The position numbers and the translations under genes are program-made. A stretch of DNA of 64,000 nucleotides from contig CAVRWQ010000011.1 in NCBI GenBank assembly GCA_963724955.1, positions 314,357-378,356 of the forward strand, given 5' to 3'. The stretch is from an uncultured Acidobacteriota bacterium (lineage in GTDB: Bacteria > Acidobacteriota > Vicinamibacteria > Vicinamibacterales > SCN-69-37). Shown here in pieces: positions 19,419 through 31,244 of the stretch (within the stretch, counting starts at the first letter, position 1; every line of letters starts with the position of its first letter). The notes below the pieces were generated by a model that did not search any database, was not told where the DNA came from, and saw only the letters and a list, made by a program, of their open reading frames with translations.

Positions 19419-20459
19419 CTAGACGCTCCAGGAGCGCGGCACGAACAGCTCCTCGAACAGCGAGACGGCGTAGCGGTCGGTCATGCCGGCCAGAAAGTCG
19501 CGGGCGGCCGCGTCCAGGCCCTCCGCGTTCGATGGTCGACGCGATCGAGGTACTGCTCCGGGCCGCTCGCGCAGCTTCTCCCAGAGCCCGCCGAGGATGC
19601 CGGTGGCCTTCTCGAACTCGGCCGTCGCGCGCGGGTTCTCGTAGACGGCCTCGAACAGAAAGCTGCGCAGGGCGAGCGTCGCGCCGAGAATCTCGTCGCT
19701 CATCCGGACTTCGGAGAGGCCGCCTTCGAGCGTCTGCGTGGACGACGTCGGTCACCATCGTGTTGATCCGCTGCGAGGATGTCGGCCCGAGCACGTCGAC
19801 CGCGTCGGCCGGCAGCGCCCCCTCGTCCAGAATGCCCGCCCGCACCGCGTCGTCGATGTCGTGGTTGACGTAGGCGACGATGTCGGCGACGCGCGCGATC
19901 TGGCCTTCGACCGTGCTCGCACGATGCTCGGGCGGCGCGCCGACCGGCAGGCCGTGCTTGCCCTTCGAGTGCCGCGCGATGCCGTCGCGCACCTCCCACG
20001 TGAGATTCAGCCCCTGCCGGCCGTTCTCGAGCACGTCGACGATGCGCAGGCTCTGCTCGTAGTGGCTGAAGCCGCCCGGCACGAGCTCGTCGATGACGCG
20101 CTCGCCGGCATGACCGAACGGCGGATGGCCGAGGTCGTGACCGAGCGCGATCGCTTCGGTCAGTTCCTCGTGCAGGCGCAGGACCTTCGCGATGCTGCGC
20201 GCGATCTGCGACACCTCGAGCGTGTGCGTCAGCCGCGTGCGGTAGTGATCGCCGGTCGGCGCGAAGAAGACCTGCGTCTTGTGCTTCAGCCGCCGAAACG
20301 CCTTCGAGTGAATGATGCGATCGCGGTCGCGCTGAAAGACCGGCCGGATGGGATCGTCGGCTCGGGACGGAGGCGGCCCCGGCTCGCGGCGCTTTTGGCC
20401 GCCTCGGGCGCCAGGAACTCGATGCTCGCGGGCTTCGAGTTGTTCGCGAATCGATGACA
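19419..20459 (-). CDS. dGTPase-like HD-domain triphosphohydrolase (frame changes near the 3' third)
   Basis: [53 protein letters not shown]...[16 protein letters not shown]...[14 protein letters not shown]. The C-terminal piece [24 protein letters not shown]... (19419..19703) is in another frame. Confidence 0.85.
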
Positions 20460-20474
20460 TGAACAGGCGCCAGT

Positions 20475-21662
20475 CTATCGCAGGACTTCCGGCAGGAAGC
20501 TCGCGCCGTGCTCGAGCGGCTCGACGCCGAAGACCTCGGCGAGCGTCTGGCCGAGATCGGCGAACGTCGGCCGCGTGCCGAGATCGATGCCCGCGCGCAC
20601 GGACGCCCCGGCCAGCAGGACCGGCACGTGCTCGCGCGAGTGATCGGTCGACGGCGTCGTCGGATCGTTGCCGTGATCGGCCGTGACGACGAGCAGGTCG
20701 CTCCCGGCTCAGCGCCGGCAGGAGCGCGGCCAGCCGCGCGTCGAAGCGCTCGAGGTTCGCCGCGTAGCCCGGCGACGTCGTTGCGATGCCCGTAGACTGC
20801 GTGTCGAAGTCCACGAGGTTCGCGAACGATGAGACCCCGGCCGGGCCGCGAGACCTCGGTCGTCGAATCAGCATCCATGCCGTGATCGTCGGACGTCGTG
20901 TGAACCGCGCGCGTCAGACCCCGGCCCGCGAACAGATCCTCGATCTTGCCGATGCCGAACGACCGCGGTGCCCGGCGATCCTTCAGCCGATCGAGCAGCG
21001 TGGCGCCAGCGGCTCGAGCGCAAAGTCGCGACGATTCGCCGTTCGCGCGAAGCGCCCAGGCTCGCCGACGAACGGCCGCGCGATCACCCGGCCGACGCCC
21101 ATGCCCGCGCCCGACCAGATCGAAGGCGACGTCGCACAAGCCGGTACAGCTCGTCGATCGGAACGATCTGACTCGTGCGCGGCGATCTGGAACACGCGAG
21201 TCGGCCGAGGTGTAGACGATCGGCGCGCCGGTTCGCACGTGCTCGGCGCCCAGGGTCGTCGATGATGGCGGTGCCGGAGGCGACGACATTGCCGATCGTC
21301 CGGCGTCCGATGCGGCGCTCGAACTCGCGGATCAACGTCAGGCGGAAAACCGCTCTGGAAACGTCGGAAACGGCCGTTCGAGGACGACGCCCATCATTTC
21401 CCAGTGCCCGGTGACCGAGTCTTTGCCCGCCGACGTCTCCGCCATCCGCCCGAATGCGCCGATCGGCGACGCCGTCTCGCCCCCGATGTCCACGACGCGA
21501 CGCGAGGCCGAGCGACCGCAGCGTCGGCACGCGCAGCGGCACCGCCCGCGCGATATTGCCGACCGTGTTGCTGCCCTCGTCGCCGTAGGCCGCGGCATCG
21601 GGGAGCTCGCCCACGCCGACGGAGTCCATGACGATGAGAATGACGCGGGTGATGGCGTTCAC
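20475..21662 (-). CDS. deoB: phosphopentomutase (multiple frame changes)
   Basis: GTG at 21662, then [37 protein letters not shown]. Hand-translated C-terminus [38 protein letters not shown]. Confidence 0.8.
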
Positions 21663-22595
21663 GTCGTGAGAAATCCCTCGACGAGCGCGCGGGCCTCCGC
21701 CTGAATCGCCGGTGTCTCCCCCGCCCCGTGCGAGCCAGCGTACGTCAGCTTCTTTACGAAACCAGATCAACTGCCGTCGCGCGTAGCGCATGTTCTCGCG
21801 CACGATGAGATCGCGCGTCGCGTCCTCGTCACGGGCACCGGCGAGCAGCTCGATGACCTGCCGATAGACGAGCCCGCTGAATGCATGCGCGGATGCCGGC
21901 ACGCCCGCGGCGAGCAGTCGCTCGACTTCGTCGACGACTCCCCGCTCGATCTGCTGATCGACACGCCGGGCGACGCGCGGCCGCAGATCCTCGCGCGGCA
22001 GGTTGAGGCCGATGCGGCAGCACGCCGTAGCCCGGCGATCGGCCGACGCCGTGGCGTCGAAGTGCGACGTCAGCGGCGACCCGGTGAGCAGGTAGACCTC
22101 GAGCGCCCGCACGAGGCGCTTCCGATCGCGCGGCTGGATACGAAGCGCGGACTCCGGATCGACGCGCGAGAGCCAGCGGTGCAGCGATTCGACGCCGCGC
22201 CGGGCGGCGACGCGATCCAGACGATCGCGCAGCGGCTCGTCGCGCGCGGGACCGGGAAACAGGCCGCGCACGAGCGCCCGGTAGTAGAACCCGGTGCCGC
22301 CGGCGAGCACGGGCAGACGGCCTCGGGCCGTGATCTCGCGGACGGCCGTTCCCGCGTCGTGGCCAAAGCGTGCGGCGGTATAGGTCTCGGTCGGTTCGGC
22401 AACGTCGATCAGGTGATGCGGCACGCCGCCTCGCTCCTCGAGCGGCGGCTTGTCCGTGCCGATGTCGATGCCGCGATAGACGGCGGTCGAATCGCACGAG
22501 ACGATCTCTCCGTCGAACGCGCGGGCGATCGCGACGGCCAGCGCACTCTTGCCGGTCGCCGTCGGTCCGACGACGGCTATGAGTCGCCGCGTCAC
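21659..22595 (-). CDS. miaA: tRNA dimethylallyltransferase (one frame change near the 3' end)
   Basis: [24 protein letters not shown]...[19 protein letters not shown]...HHLIDV. Removing one G from the G-run near 21718 gives ..[23 protein letters not shown], overlapping the deoB GTG (GTGA). Confidence 0.88.
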
Positions 22596-22617
22596 GAGCC
22601 CGTCTCAGTCACAAAAA

Positions 22618-22720
22618 CCTCACATGAAGTCTGAAGGCGTGAAGCGCTTTTGGGGAAGGACCGCTTGTCAGAAAGCTCTTCCCCCAACAAGCCCTTCACG
22701 TCTTCACCCTTCATGGTGAG
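22618..22720. repeat. palindromic HHEE element, copy B
   Basis: cctcacatgaagtctgaaggcgtgaagcgcttttgggg ... cccccaacaagcccttcacgtcttcacccttcatggtgag. The arms are reverse-complementary. Located between the TonB-like stop and the miaA start. Confidence 0.75.
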
Positions 22721-22737
22721 TTTTTTCCGGCTCTTGG

Positions 22738-23625
22738 TTATTCGAGGCCTTCGTTGTAGTGGAACGTGACGGTGAAGAACACGCGGTCGGTGGGATACTC
22801 GGCCGGCAGCGCGACGGTGGGATTCGACATCTTGAGCGCGTTGAAGGCCGCCGTGTTGAACGAGTCGACGCCCGACGGCTGCACGACGCGGATGTCGAGA
22901 ATGGTGCCGTCCTTGAGGACGTAGAACTGGATGACGACGCGTCCCTTGAGCATCCAGGCGGCTTGCGGCACGAACCAGTTGCGCTTCACCTGGGCGACGA
23001 AGCGGCGCAGCCACGGTCCGAACTCGACGCCCTTCGAGTCGAACTGGATGTCCGCGTCCAGATCGGTCTGGCCGCCGCGCTGGTTGTTGAAGTTCTCGTC
23101 CTGCAGATAGCGCTGCAGATTGCGAAGCGACGAGCCGAGGCTGCCGCTCGCGGGCGTGGGAGCCGGCGGAGTCGGAAGCGGGATCGCCGTCGCGTTGGCG
23201 CCTGGCGGCGGCGTCTCGCGCGCGGCGGTCATGGCCGGCGGTTGCGGCGTCTCCGGGCCCGCGGCCTTCTCCTCGCGCGCGCCTTCGGTCTTCTCCGGCG
23301 AGTTGCCGCGCGAGAGCGGCAGCGGGTTCACCGCGTCGGGCGCGCGTTCGCGCGTCGCGCTGCGGCGATCGGCGTCCGAGTGCTCCGCCTGGATACGCGG
23401 CTGCTGCACCCGATCGACGAGCGGCGTCATCTGCACGTACCGGACCGGCTCGTTCGCGGGCACGATCGGCCGTGGCTCGCTCGACGGGAACGCCCGCGGC
23501 AGGATCAGCACGGCGATCACGAGCAGCGCGTGCACGATGATCGACAGCAGTACGCCTTCCCGTCGCGAAATTGGCGACGGGACGCGGGGTGTGTCGGGCC
23601 GATAGTCTTCGAAATCGAGGTACAT
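22738..23625 (-). CDS. TonB-family energy transducer (C-terminal TonB domain)
   Basis: Intact 295-aa ORF. One TM segment (GVLLSIIVHALLVIAVLILP), a Pro-rich linker, and a C-terminal domain ..FGPWLRRFVAQVKRNWFVP...GRVVIQFYVLKDGTILDIRVVQPSGVDSFNTAAFNALK. Confidence 0.75.
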   Translation of the reverse strand: MYLDFEDYRPDTPRVPSPISRREGVLLSIIVHALLVIAVLILPRAFPSSEPRPIVPANEPVRYVQMTPLVDRVQQPRIQAEHSDADRRSATRERAPDAVNPLPLSRGNSPEKTEGAREEKAAGPETPQPPAMTAARETPPPGANATAIPLPTPPAPTPASGSLGSSLRNLQRYLQDENFNNQRGGQTDLDADIQFDSKGVEFGPWLRRFVAQVKRNWFVPQAAWMLKGRVVIQFYVLKDGTILDIRVVQPSGVDSFNTAAFNALKMSNPTVALPAEYPTDRVFFTVTFHYNEGLE

Positions 23626-23694
23626 ACGACGCCGTCTTTGCAGTATACGACGCCGGTGAGACCAGGCTGGCTGGAGGGCGTCTTATAATGCCGC

Positions 23695-24852
23695 GTGCCT
23701 GAGTCCACGGCGCCCGAGACCGAGGCACCACGGCGTCGGGTGAGTTGGCGCGTCAGGATCGTCGTCCTGCTCCTGCTTCTGGCGATCGCCGGAGGCGGCT
23801 TCTACGTCACCGAGCTCATCCTGCAGGCGTCGTTCGCCACATCGCTGTTTCAGGAGACGCGACGGCGCCCGCCGCACCCGTTCCTGCAGGTGCTGCCCGG
23901 CGGACAGGTCGAGCACGTCAACGCCCACGGCTTCCGCGGCGATCCCATCGAGCTCGCGAAGCCCGCGGGCACGTTTCGCATCTTCACCATCGGCGGATCG
24001 ACGACGCTGGGCGTGTCGAATCCGTACGCCGAGAGCTATCCCTCTCTCCTGCAGACGCTCCTGCGCGAGCGTCATCCGGACATCCCGATCGAGGTCCAGA
24101 ACGCCGGATCGGCCTGGTACACGAGCGCCCACGACCTCGTCGCGTACGACCTGAAAGTGCGCCGGTTCAATCCGGATCTCGTCATCTACTTCGAGGCGAT
24201 CAACGACCTGACGCGCAGCTTCTCGCCGCCGTGGCTGGCGCGCGGCGAGTTCAAGCCCGACTACTCGCACTACCTCGGTCCGTATACGCGCCTGACCGGA
24301 CCGGACGTGCAGTTCCTGTTCACGCCGTCGTCGTGGCTGACGATGAACGTCGTGCGGCGGCTGTTCCGGGGTGACCCGGACCCGTTCGGCCACCGCGATC
24401 CCGAGAACGTCGCGAAGATGGCCGCGCGAATGCGTGCGGTCGACAACCCCGCGTTCAAGAGCCTGCCTCACTTCCGCGACTACTCGGACGCGCTGGTGCA
24501 GGCCGTTCAGCGCAACGGCCAGAGAATCATCGTCGCGTCGCAGCCGTCGCTGTATCGCGCAGACAACACGCCCGAGGAGCGGCGCCTGCTGTACTTCGCG
24601 CCGCTCATGTGCGCCGACGGCGAGACGTATCCGTCACATGCGGCCATGATGCGCGGCATGCGGTTCTACAACGATGCGCTGCGCGACCTGGCCGCCGCAC
24701 GAGGCGCGACCTTCGTCGACTTCGAGGCGGCGGTCCCCAGGACCGCCGAGCACTTTTCAGACGACGTACACCTGCGCCGGACGGGCAATGCGATCCTGGC
24801 CAAGGTGGCGGCGGACGCGATCGATCAGATGGGGATCCTGACGAAGCGGTAG
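23695..24852 (+). CDS. SGNH/GDSL-type hydrolase with N-terminal membrane anchor
   Basis: Intact 385-aa ORF. TM segment VRIVVLLLLLAIAGGGFYV, block I FRIFTIGGSTTLG, and C-terminal FSDDVHLRRTGN (the D-x-x-H catalytic block). Confidence 0.7.
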   Translation: MPESTAPETEAPRRRVSWRVRIVVLLLLLAIAGGGFYVTELILQASFATSLFQETRRRPPHPFLQVLPGGQVEHVNAHGFRGDPIELAKPAGTFRIFTIGGSTTLGVSNPYAESYPSLLQTLLRERHPDIPIEVQNAGSAWYTSAHDLVAYDLKVRRFNPDLVIYFEAINDLTRSFSPPWLARGEFKPDYSHYLGPYTRLTGPDVQFLFTPSSWLTMNVVRRLFRGDPDPFGHRDPENVAKMAARMRAVDNPAFKSLPHFRDYSDALVQAVQRNGQRIIVASQPSLYRADNTPEERRLLYFAPLMCADGETYPSHAAMMRGMRFYNDALRDLAAARGATFVDFEAAVPRTAEHFSDDVHLRRTGNAILAKVAADAIDQMGILTKR

Positions 24853-25001
24853 ACGGTGAATCGCCGACCGCGGAAAGAGCTTGCTGGCGAGCTGAACCAC
24901 GGCGGTGCCGCTGACCCTCGACCGCACTGGACTAAGCCGCGGCGCACTGACTATCGACCGAGGGGGCCCCGCGGGTGCCAGACAGAAGAGCAGAGCCTTC
25001 A

Positions 25002-25468
25002 TTAGAGTTTGTCGAGCGCCTTCTTCATGGCCGCTTTGATCGGCTCGGTCGGGTTGCCGCTCCGTCGGAGCTCAATGGGAGAGGAACGCAGTTCCCCTGA
25101 TGACGTGCAGCTCTGCGTGCTTGTCGTCATACCAGCAGGCCACTTCACCCAGGCCGGCGAGGTCATCCGTGGCCTTCTGCGCGCAGATCCCCTTGGTACA
25201 TAGCTACTGAGCTCGCCGGCAAACGGGTCAGGGTCAACTGGATCTTGTGAATGCCGGACCCGGTGTACTCGCAACTCGTCACAGTAGCGCCTGCCCCGCC
25301 CGACATAGGGCCAATCGACTTGGGCCCCGTAGCGGCTTCGCCCAGTGCCGCCGCCGCGTCCTCCTTGCTCAAGAGCGAACAGGCGTCGCCCTGCGCATGC
25401 GACCTCGCGGCGGAAGTGACCAGGGTTGCGACGATGACGATCGCGGCCCAACGGAAGGATCGTGACAT
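25002..25468 (-). CDS. small secreted hypothetical protein (one frame change)
   Basis: Signal MSRSFRWAAIVIVATLVTSAARSHAQG, then ..TSCEYTGSGIHKIQLTLTRLPASSVAMY. The C-terminal ...IELRRSGNPTEPIKAAMKKALDKL is in a second frame. Confidence 0.5.
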
Positions 25469-25573
25469 TGTGCCTCCTCGTGAACTATCGCCGATGGGGC
25501 TGGTGTTGGTGGCGGCCAAAGTGGACAGCGGCGTTCAATCCATGGCTCAGTCTTTGTCGACAAACGTTGCTGG

Positions 25574-25600
25574 CGCGGCCCACAGCCCGGACCGCGCTAC
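25574..25600 (-). repeat. REP-like element 2 (GTAG head + hairpin) on the ubiE stop
   Basis: Minus strand GTAG-CGCGGTCC-GGGCTGT-GGGCCGCG. It has the same 7-nt loop length and architecture as 16688-16714, and its TAG is the ubiE stop. Confidence 0.6.
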
Positions 25601-26316
25601 GACTTGCGCGCCAGATACAGATACACGATCCCGAGCGTGAGCGACTGGTACTCCACGCGCGTGAAGCCCGCCTGGCGGACGACGTCGGCGAAGGCCTCCG
25701 GGGTCGGGAACTTCTCGACCGAGGCCGGCAGGTAGGAATAGGCGTCGCCGTGTTTCGACACGGCGCGGCCCACTCGCGGCAGCACGTGCTTGAAGTACGC
25801 GCGATAGAGGGCCCCGATCCCGGGGACCCTCGGAAATCCAAACTCGAGAATCGCGAGGCGCCCGCCCGGTCTCAGCACGCGCGCGAACTCGCGACACGCC
25901 GCGTCAGGATCGACGACGTTGCGAATGCCGAAGCCAATCGTGACGGCATCAGCGCTGCCGTCGCCGAGCGGCAGGCGCGTCGCGTCGCCGCGCACCAGCC
26001 GGACGCGACCTCGCCAGGTCCGCGCGGACGACCTTCACGCGCGCGTGCTTCAGCATCTCGCCGGCGAAATCGAGGCCAATCACGTCGCGCGCCCGGCCGC
26101 CGGTCGCCGTCACCGCTTCAATCGCGAGATCGGCCGTGCCCGTGCAGACGTCCACGACGCGCTCCGTGCCGGTGAGCGCCAGCGACCGAACCGCGCGCCG
26201 CCGCCACCGGCGATCGAGGCCGGCGCTGAGCAGATGGTTGAGGGTGTCGTAGCGCCGCGCGATGTCGTCGAACATGCCGCGATTCGCGCAGGCGCTTTGT
26301 CGGTGGAAACCGTCAC
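25597..26316 (-). CDS. ubiE: demethylmenaquinone/ubiquinone C-methyltransferase (frame changes)
   Basis: GMFDDIARRYDTLNHLLSAGLDRRWRRRAV, VVDVCTGTADLAI (SAM motif), LVRGDATRLPLGDGSADAVTIGFGIRNVVD...VLRPGGRLAILEF...AYSYLPASVEKFPTPEAF. A GTG start at 26316 overlaps the ubiX stop (GTGA). Confidence 0.8.
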
Positions 26317-26938
26317 TCACCCTTCCACGGGGCAAACAGCTTCTGGTCGAACCCGAGCGCGTTGAGGATCTTGCCGGCGATGAACGACGCCAGGTCGTCG
26401 ATCGTCTTCGGCTGCTGATAGAACGCCGGCATCGCCGGCAGGATCATCGCGCCGGCCTCGGCGCAGGCGACCATGTTGCGCAGCTCGGGCAGGCTCATGG
26501 GCGTCTCGCGCGGCACCATCACGAGCCGCCGCCGCTCTTTCAGCATGACGTCGGCGGCGCGCTCGATGAGACTTCGCGACAGCCCGTGCGCGACGGCCGC
26601 GAGCGTCTTCATCGAGCAGGGCACGATGACCATCGCGTCGGCCCGGTGACTGCCGCTCGCGAGCGTGGCACCCATGTCGCGGTTGCTGTGCATCACGAAC
26701 GAGCCCTTGCGAATGCCGTCGCCGTACCGGCCCGCGACGAGCTCGGCCAGCCGATCCGATCTTCGCCTCCGGCCCGAGCTCGTCCATGAGCAGCCGGCGC
26801 GCCGTAGTCGCTGAAGATGATCTCGAGGTGACAGCCGAGCTCGAGCAGCGCGGCGATCGTCCGCACCGCGTAGATCGCGCCGCTCGCGCCGGTGACCCCG
26901 ACGGCGATCGTCCGTCGTGCCTGGGTGTCCGGCGTCAT
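26313..26938 (-). CDS. ubiX: flavin prenyltransferase UbiX family (frame change)
   Basis: RTIAVGVTGASGAIYAVRTIAALLELG and ...MVIVPCSMKTLAAVAHGLSRSLIERAADVMLKERRRLVMVPRETP...AGAMILPAMPAFY. Confidence 0.85.
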
Positions 26939-27796
26939 GCGCTCATCCCCAGTAGACCGCGGCCGCGGTCGTCGCCAGATACAGGATGCCCACCCAGCCG
27001 TTCACGTCGAACGCGCGCTTGACCTGCGAGAGATCGTCCTCGCGGACGAGCGACTGCTCCCAGATGAGCAGCACGCCGACCGGCGAGCACGCCGATGACG
27101 TAGATGCCGTTCAGCCCGGCGTACCCGCCGACCATCGCGAGCGCGAGAATCGTCACGACGTGGAGCGCGCGCGAGATCGTGAGCGCGCGGCGGATGCCGA
27201 ACCGCACCGGAATCGACTTCAGGCCTTCCCGCCGATCGAACTCCAGGTCCTGGCAGGCGTAGAGCACGTCGAACCCTGCGACCCAGGTGCCGATTGCGAG
27301 CCCCAGCCACACGGGCTCGGCCGTCGCCGGTCCGCCGGCCGCGATCCAGCCGCCAACGGGCGCCACCGCCATCGCGAGCCCGAGATAGGCCTGGGTGTAG
27401 GACGTCACGCGCTTGGCCAGCGAGTACCAGAACACGATGCCGAGCGCAACAGGCGAGAGCGCCAGGCACAGCTCCCCAAGCTGCGCGCTCGAGACGACGA
27501 AGACCACCGACGCGACGAGGACGAACATGCGGGCTTCCGCGGACGCTCATGCGCCCCGCCGGCAACTCGCGGCTCGCGGTGCGCGGGTTGCGCGCGTCGA
27601 ACCCCGCGTCCACCAGCCGGTTGAACCCCATCGCCGCGCTGCGCGCCGCGACCATGCAGAGCGCGATCCACACCAGCCGAATCCACTCGAAGTCCACACG
27701 CCGCGAGGCCAGCAACGCGCCAACCAGCGCAAACGGCAGCGCGAACACCGAGTGGCTGAAGCGGACGAACGAGGCGTAGGTGCGAAGGCGTGCCAA
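26935..27796 (-). CDS. ubiA: UbiA-family aromatic prenyltransferase (MqnP-like; frame changes)
   Basis: FSHSVFALPFALVGALLA, GFNRLVDAGFDARNPRTASRELPAGR, WYSLAKRVT, DVLYACQDLEFDRREGLKSIPVRFG. Its stop overlaps the ubiX ATG (ATGA). Confidence 0.8.
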
Positions 27797-27816
27797 TCAT
27801 CTGAAGAGGGCGCCAG

Positions 27817-29051
27817 TCACTGCAGGTGACGAACCGACGAGGCTGGCACGCCGCTGACCAGGTATTCTTCCACATCGGTCACGCCGGGCGGGACGGTCGA
27901 CGGCGATGAGCGCGGCGCGCTTGCCCGGGCGTAATCGTCCCGAAATCGGCGTCGAGCCCGAGGGCGCGGGCGCCCTGCCGGGTGGCGCTGTCGAGGAGCG
28001 ACGCCGCCGAGACATCGGGCGCGATGCGCCGCAACTCCTCGAGCTCGTCGAACAGATTGAGCGTGGGAACGGAGGCGAGGCTGTCGGTGCCAATCGCCAC
28101 GGGCACCCGCGCCGCGTAGAAATGCGAGAGGCGCGGCAGCCCGGCGCCGACCCATTCGTTGCTGCGCGGACACGTCACGACCATCGCGCCCGCCGCCGCC
28201 AGCCGCGCCAGGGCGTCGTCGGTCAACTGCACGGCATGCACAGCCAGCAGACCGGGACGAAGGTAGCCCAGACGCCGCATGTACTCGACCGGGTCGGTCT
28301 CCGGCGCGACCCATGCCGGCGCCCACACGCCCAGGTGCTCGAGCAGCTCGCGAAACGGCCCGCGGCCCGTGCGAAGAAACTCGATCTCCTGCGGCGACTC
28401 GCCAAGATGGACGGAAAGCGGCGCGGAGCGCGTGTGACGCGACGATCTCGGAGAACAGGGCGGGTGACGTCGAATACGGCGCGTGGGCGACGACGCTGTA
28501 CGCAGGTACCGGGTTCCGGGTTCCGGGTCCGGTCGGCGGCCCCGCCGCGCGGTCGATGCGGGCCCAGGCTTCGCGGACGAGCGCGCGTGGATCGGCGACG
28601 TTGAAGCCCAGCAGCTCGTGAAAGATCGACGCCGCCGAGGCCGGCTCGCGCCAGGGCGGGCGCGGATGTCAGCGTGTTGGAAATGTCGCCGACGAGGACG
28701 GTGCCGGTGGCGCGCATCTCGCGCGGCCGCGGCGTCCAGGGCGCTCTGTCGCGCGGCCTCGCCGGAGGGAGGCATGGCGCTGCGCTGACTGAGGAGGCTG
28801 CGAATCCAGTCGACCATCGAGCCGGCGGGCGGCACGCGGCCGGCCAGCCAGCTCAGCTCGAGGTGGGTGTGGGCGTTGACGAGCCCGGGCAGGACCGCGA
28901 CGTCGCCCAGGTCCTGCGCGGCCGACGGCGGACGGCCCTGGCCGACCTCGGCGATGCGATCGCCCGCCACGTCGATCCAGCCGCCCTCGATCAGGGGCCG
29001 ATCGATCGGGAGCACCCAGCGGGCGCGAATTGTCGTGGTGCCTGTGAGCAC
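27817..29051 (-). CDS. amidohydrolase-superfamily deaminase (aminodeoxyfutalosine-deaminase-like; frame changes)
   Basis: ARWVLPIDRPLIEGGWIDVAGDRIAEVG...VLPGLVNAHTHLELS (HxH metal site), SVHLGESPQEIEFL, VHAVQLTDDAL, AIGTDSLAS. The context within mqn genes supports the deaminase role. Confidence 0.65.
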
Positions 29052-29058
29052 GGGCGTT

Positions 29059-30262
29059 TCAGTCCGACGACGTCTCCGTCTGACGCACCTTCCGGCCCGC
29101 GGCGCTGCGCGCTTCGTAGCCGCGCAGATCGTCGGCCTCGCCTGCCTGCGCCGTCGGCGCGCGCGACGGCGAGCTCGAGCATGCGCGGCACGATTCGCGC
29201 TCGCGGAAGATCGGATCGCCGAGAATCTCGTAGTGCATGTTGCGGCGTTTCGGCGCGAAGCCGGCATTCTCGATGTTGCGGACGACTTCGAACTCGTCCA
29301 TGCAGTACTCGGCGCCGGCCGCGCGCACGACGTTCTCCTCGATCATGATGCTGCCCATGTCGTTCGCGCCGTAGCCGAGGCTGAGCTGGCCGACCTTGCC
29401 GCCCTGCGTGACCCAGGACGACTGCAGGTTGTCGAAGTTGTCGAGCACGAGCCGCGCGATCGCCAGCGTGCGCAGGTAGTCGACGCCAGTCGCTTCGATG
29501 CCGCCGAGCTCGGTGTGCTGCGGCTGGTAGCTCCAGGCGATGAACGCCGTGAAGCCGCCCGTCTCGTCCTGGAGATCGCGCAACCGGAAGAGATGCTCGA
29601 GCCGCTCCTCGTCGGTTTCCACCGTGCCGTACATCATCGTGGCCGTCGTCCGCAGCCCGGCGCGATGCGCAAGGCGCATGACGTCCAGCCACTCGTCGGC
29701 GGTCGCCTTGTTGTAGCAGTTGAGGATCTTGCGAACGCGATCGACGAGCATCTCGGCGCCGCCGCCGGGAATGCTGTCGAGGCCGGCGGCAATGAGCCGA
29801 TCGATCACCGTCCGGCACCGGCAACTGCGAGAGCCGCGAGATGTGGATGACCTCCGGCGGCGACAGCGCGTGCAGCCGGAACGCCGGATAGCGCTGCTTG
29901 ACGCTGCGGAACAGATCCTCGTACCACTCGAGCGGGATGTCGGGGTTGTGACCGCCCTGCAGCAGCAACTGCACGCCGCCAAGCCGAATCGTCTCGTCGA
30001 TCTTCCTGTAGATCTCGTCGAAGCCGAGCGTGTAGCCCTCGCTCGATCCGACGGGCCGGTAGAACGCGCAGAACTTGCAGCGCGCGACGCAGACGTTCGT
30101 GTAGTTGACGTTGCGGTCGATGATGTAGGTGACGACGCCGTCCGGGTGCTTTCGCCGGCGGACCTCGTCCGCCATGCGGCCCAGCAGCGCCGTCGGCGCG
30201 TTGCGATAGAGATCGAGCGCGGCGGCCGGCGTGAGGCGAGGGGACAGGACATCGGGAGTCAT
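29059..30262 (-). CDS. mqnC: radical-SAM menaquinone biosynthesis enzyme, MqnC-type (cyclic dehypoxanthinyl futalosine synthase; MqnE not excluded); one frame change near 29810
   Basis: VTYIIDRNVNYTNVCVARCKFCAFYR (CX3CX2C), GGVQLLLQGGHNPD, MMYGTVET, FIAWSYQP, GANDMGSIMIEENV. Confidence 0.75.
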
Positions 30263-30704
30263 TTCCGCGTTTGTTCCTGGGCGGACAGGACTCCCGGAGT
30301 CTTTGTTTTCTCAAACGGCACGATGTGCTCCCACTCGCTCGCGTCCGAGCGCGCGACAACGGCGACGACGGGCTCGGTGTCGCTGAGGTTGAAGACCTCG
30401 TGCGGGACGCCCGGCTCGATGAAAATGAAGTCGCCCGCTTCATTCTCGACCGCGAGCTCGAGATTGGCGCCGTACTCGTGGCGCACGCGACCCGCGAGGA
30501 TGTAGAGCATCACTTCGAAGCCGACGTGGATGTGGGCCGCGGCGACTCCGCCTGGCGGAATCGTGGCGACGTTCATCGAGAGCTGCGTGGCGTTGACGTT
30601 GTTCGCCGAGAGCCCCGTCTTGTAGCGGATGCCGTTCCACGCGCGCGCGGCCCCGCCGCCGCGGAGGACGGCGATGCCGTCGTGCGCTTCGATGTCGTGC
30701 GTCA
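30259..30704 (-). CDS. cupin-domain protein
   Basis: 148 aa. Cupin motifs PPGGVAAAHIHVGFEVMLYILAGRV and GDFIFIEPGVPHEVFN. Its stop overlaps the mqnC ATG (ATGA at 30259-30262). Confidence 0.7.
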
Positions 30705-30737
30705 TATCTGCTCCCGCGGCCAGAGAAGCCCGCTGCG

Positions 30738-31244
30738 CTACGATCCCCTCTCCCGATAGAACGCGATCATGTCCGTGCTCTTCGGCGGCGCGACGCCCAG
30801 CTGTCGGAGCATCGTCGTCACCTGCCCGCGATGGTACGACCCGTGATTGACGACGTGCTGGAGCATCTGCCAGAGAATCGAGCGGCCGGGCTGGCCGTTC
30901 ATGAGGCGATAGTCGATACACCGTCGCGATGGTCGTCGTCGTCGAGGCCGCCGACAAATCGCCGAATCTGACCCTCGAGCTCCGCGCCACGCGGTCCGCA
31001 GCGACGGCCACGTCCGGATAGTCCTCGAAGTTCAGCGGCGCCGTCGGCGAGATGCCCTGCCAGCGCGAATACCAGACCCACTCGGCCGAGTAGGTGTGCG
31101 CCAGCGTGTCGCGCACGGACTTGAAGCTGTTACCCAGGTCGCGCGTGTACTGCTCCGGCGTGAGCGACCGTGACGGCGTCCAGCATCGCGGTCGCGCGCC
31201 CAGTAGTTGAAATCGAGCAGCCGGAGCAGGTCCTGATGGTTCAT
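30738..31244 (-). CDS. DinB-family protein (frame changes)
   Basis: MNHQDLLRLLDFNYWARDR at the start. Hand-translated end ..ILWQMLQHVVNHGSYHRGQVTTMLRQLGVAPPKSTDMIAFYRERGS*. Its ATG overlaps the mqnA stop (ATGA). Confidence 0.65.
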
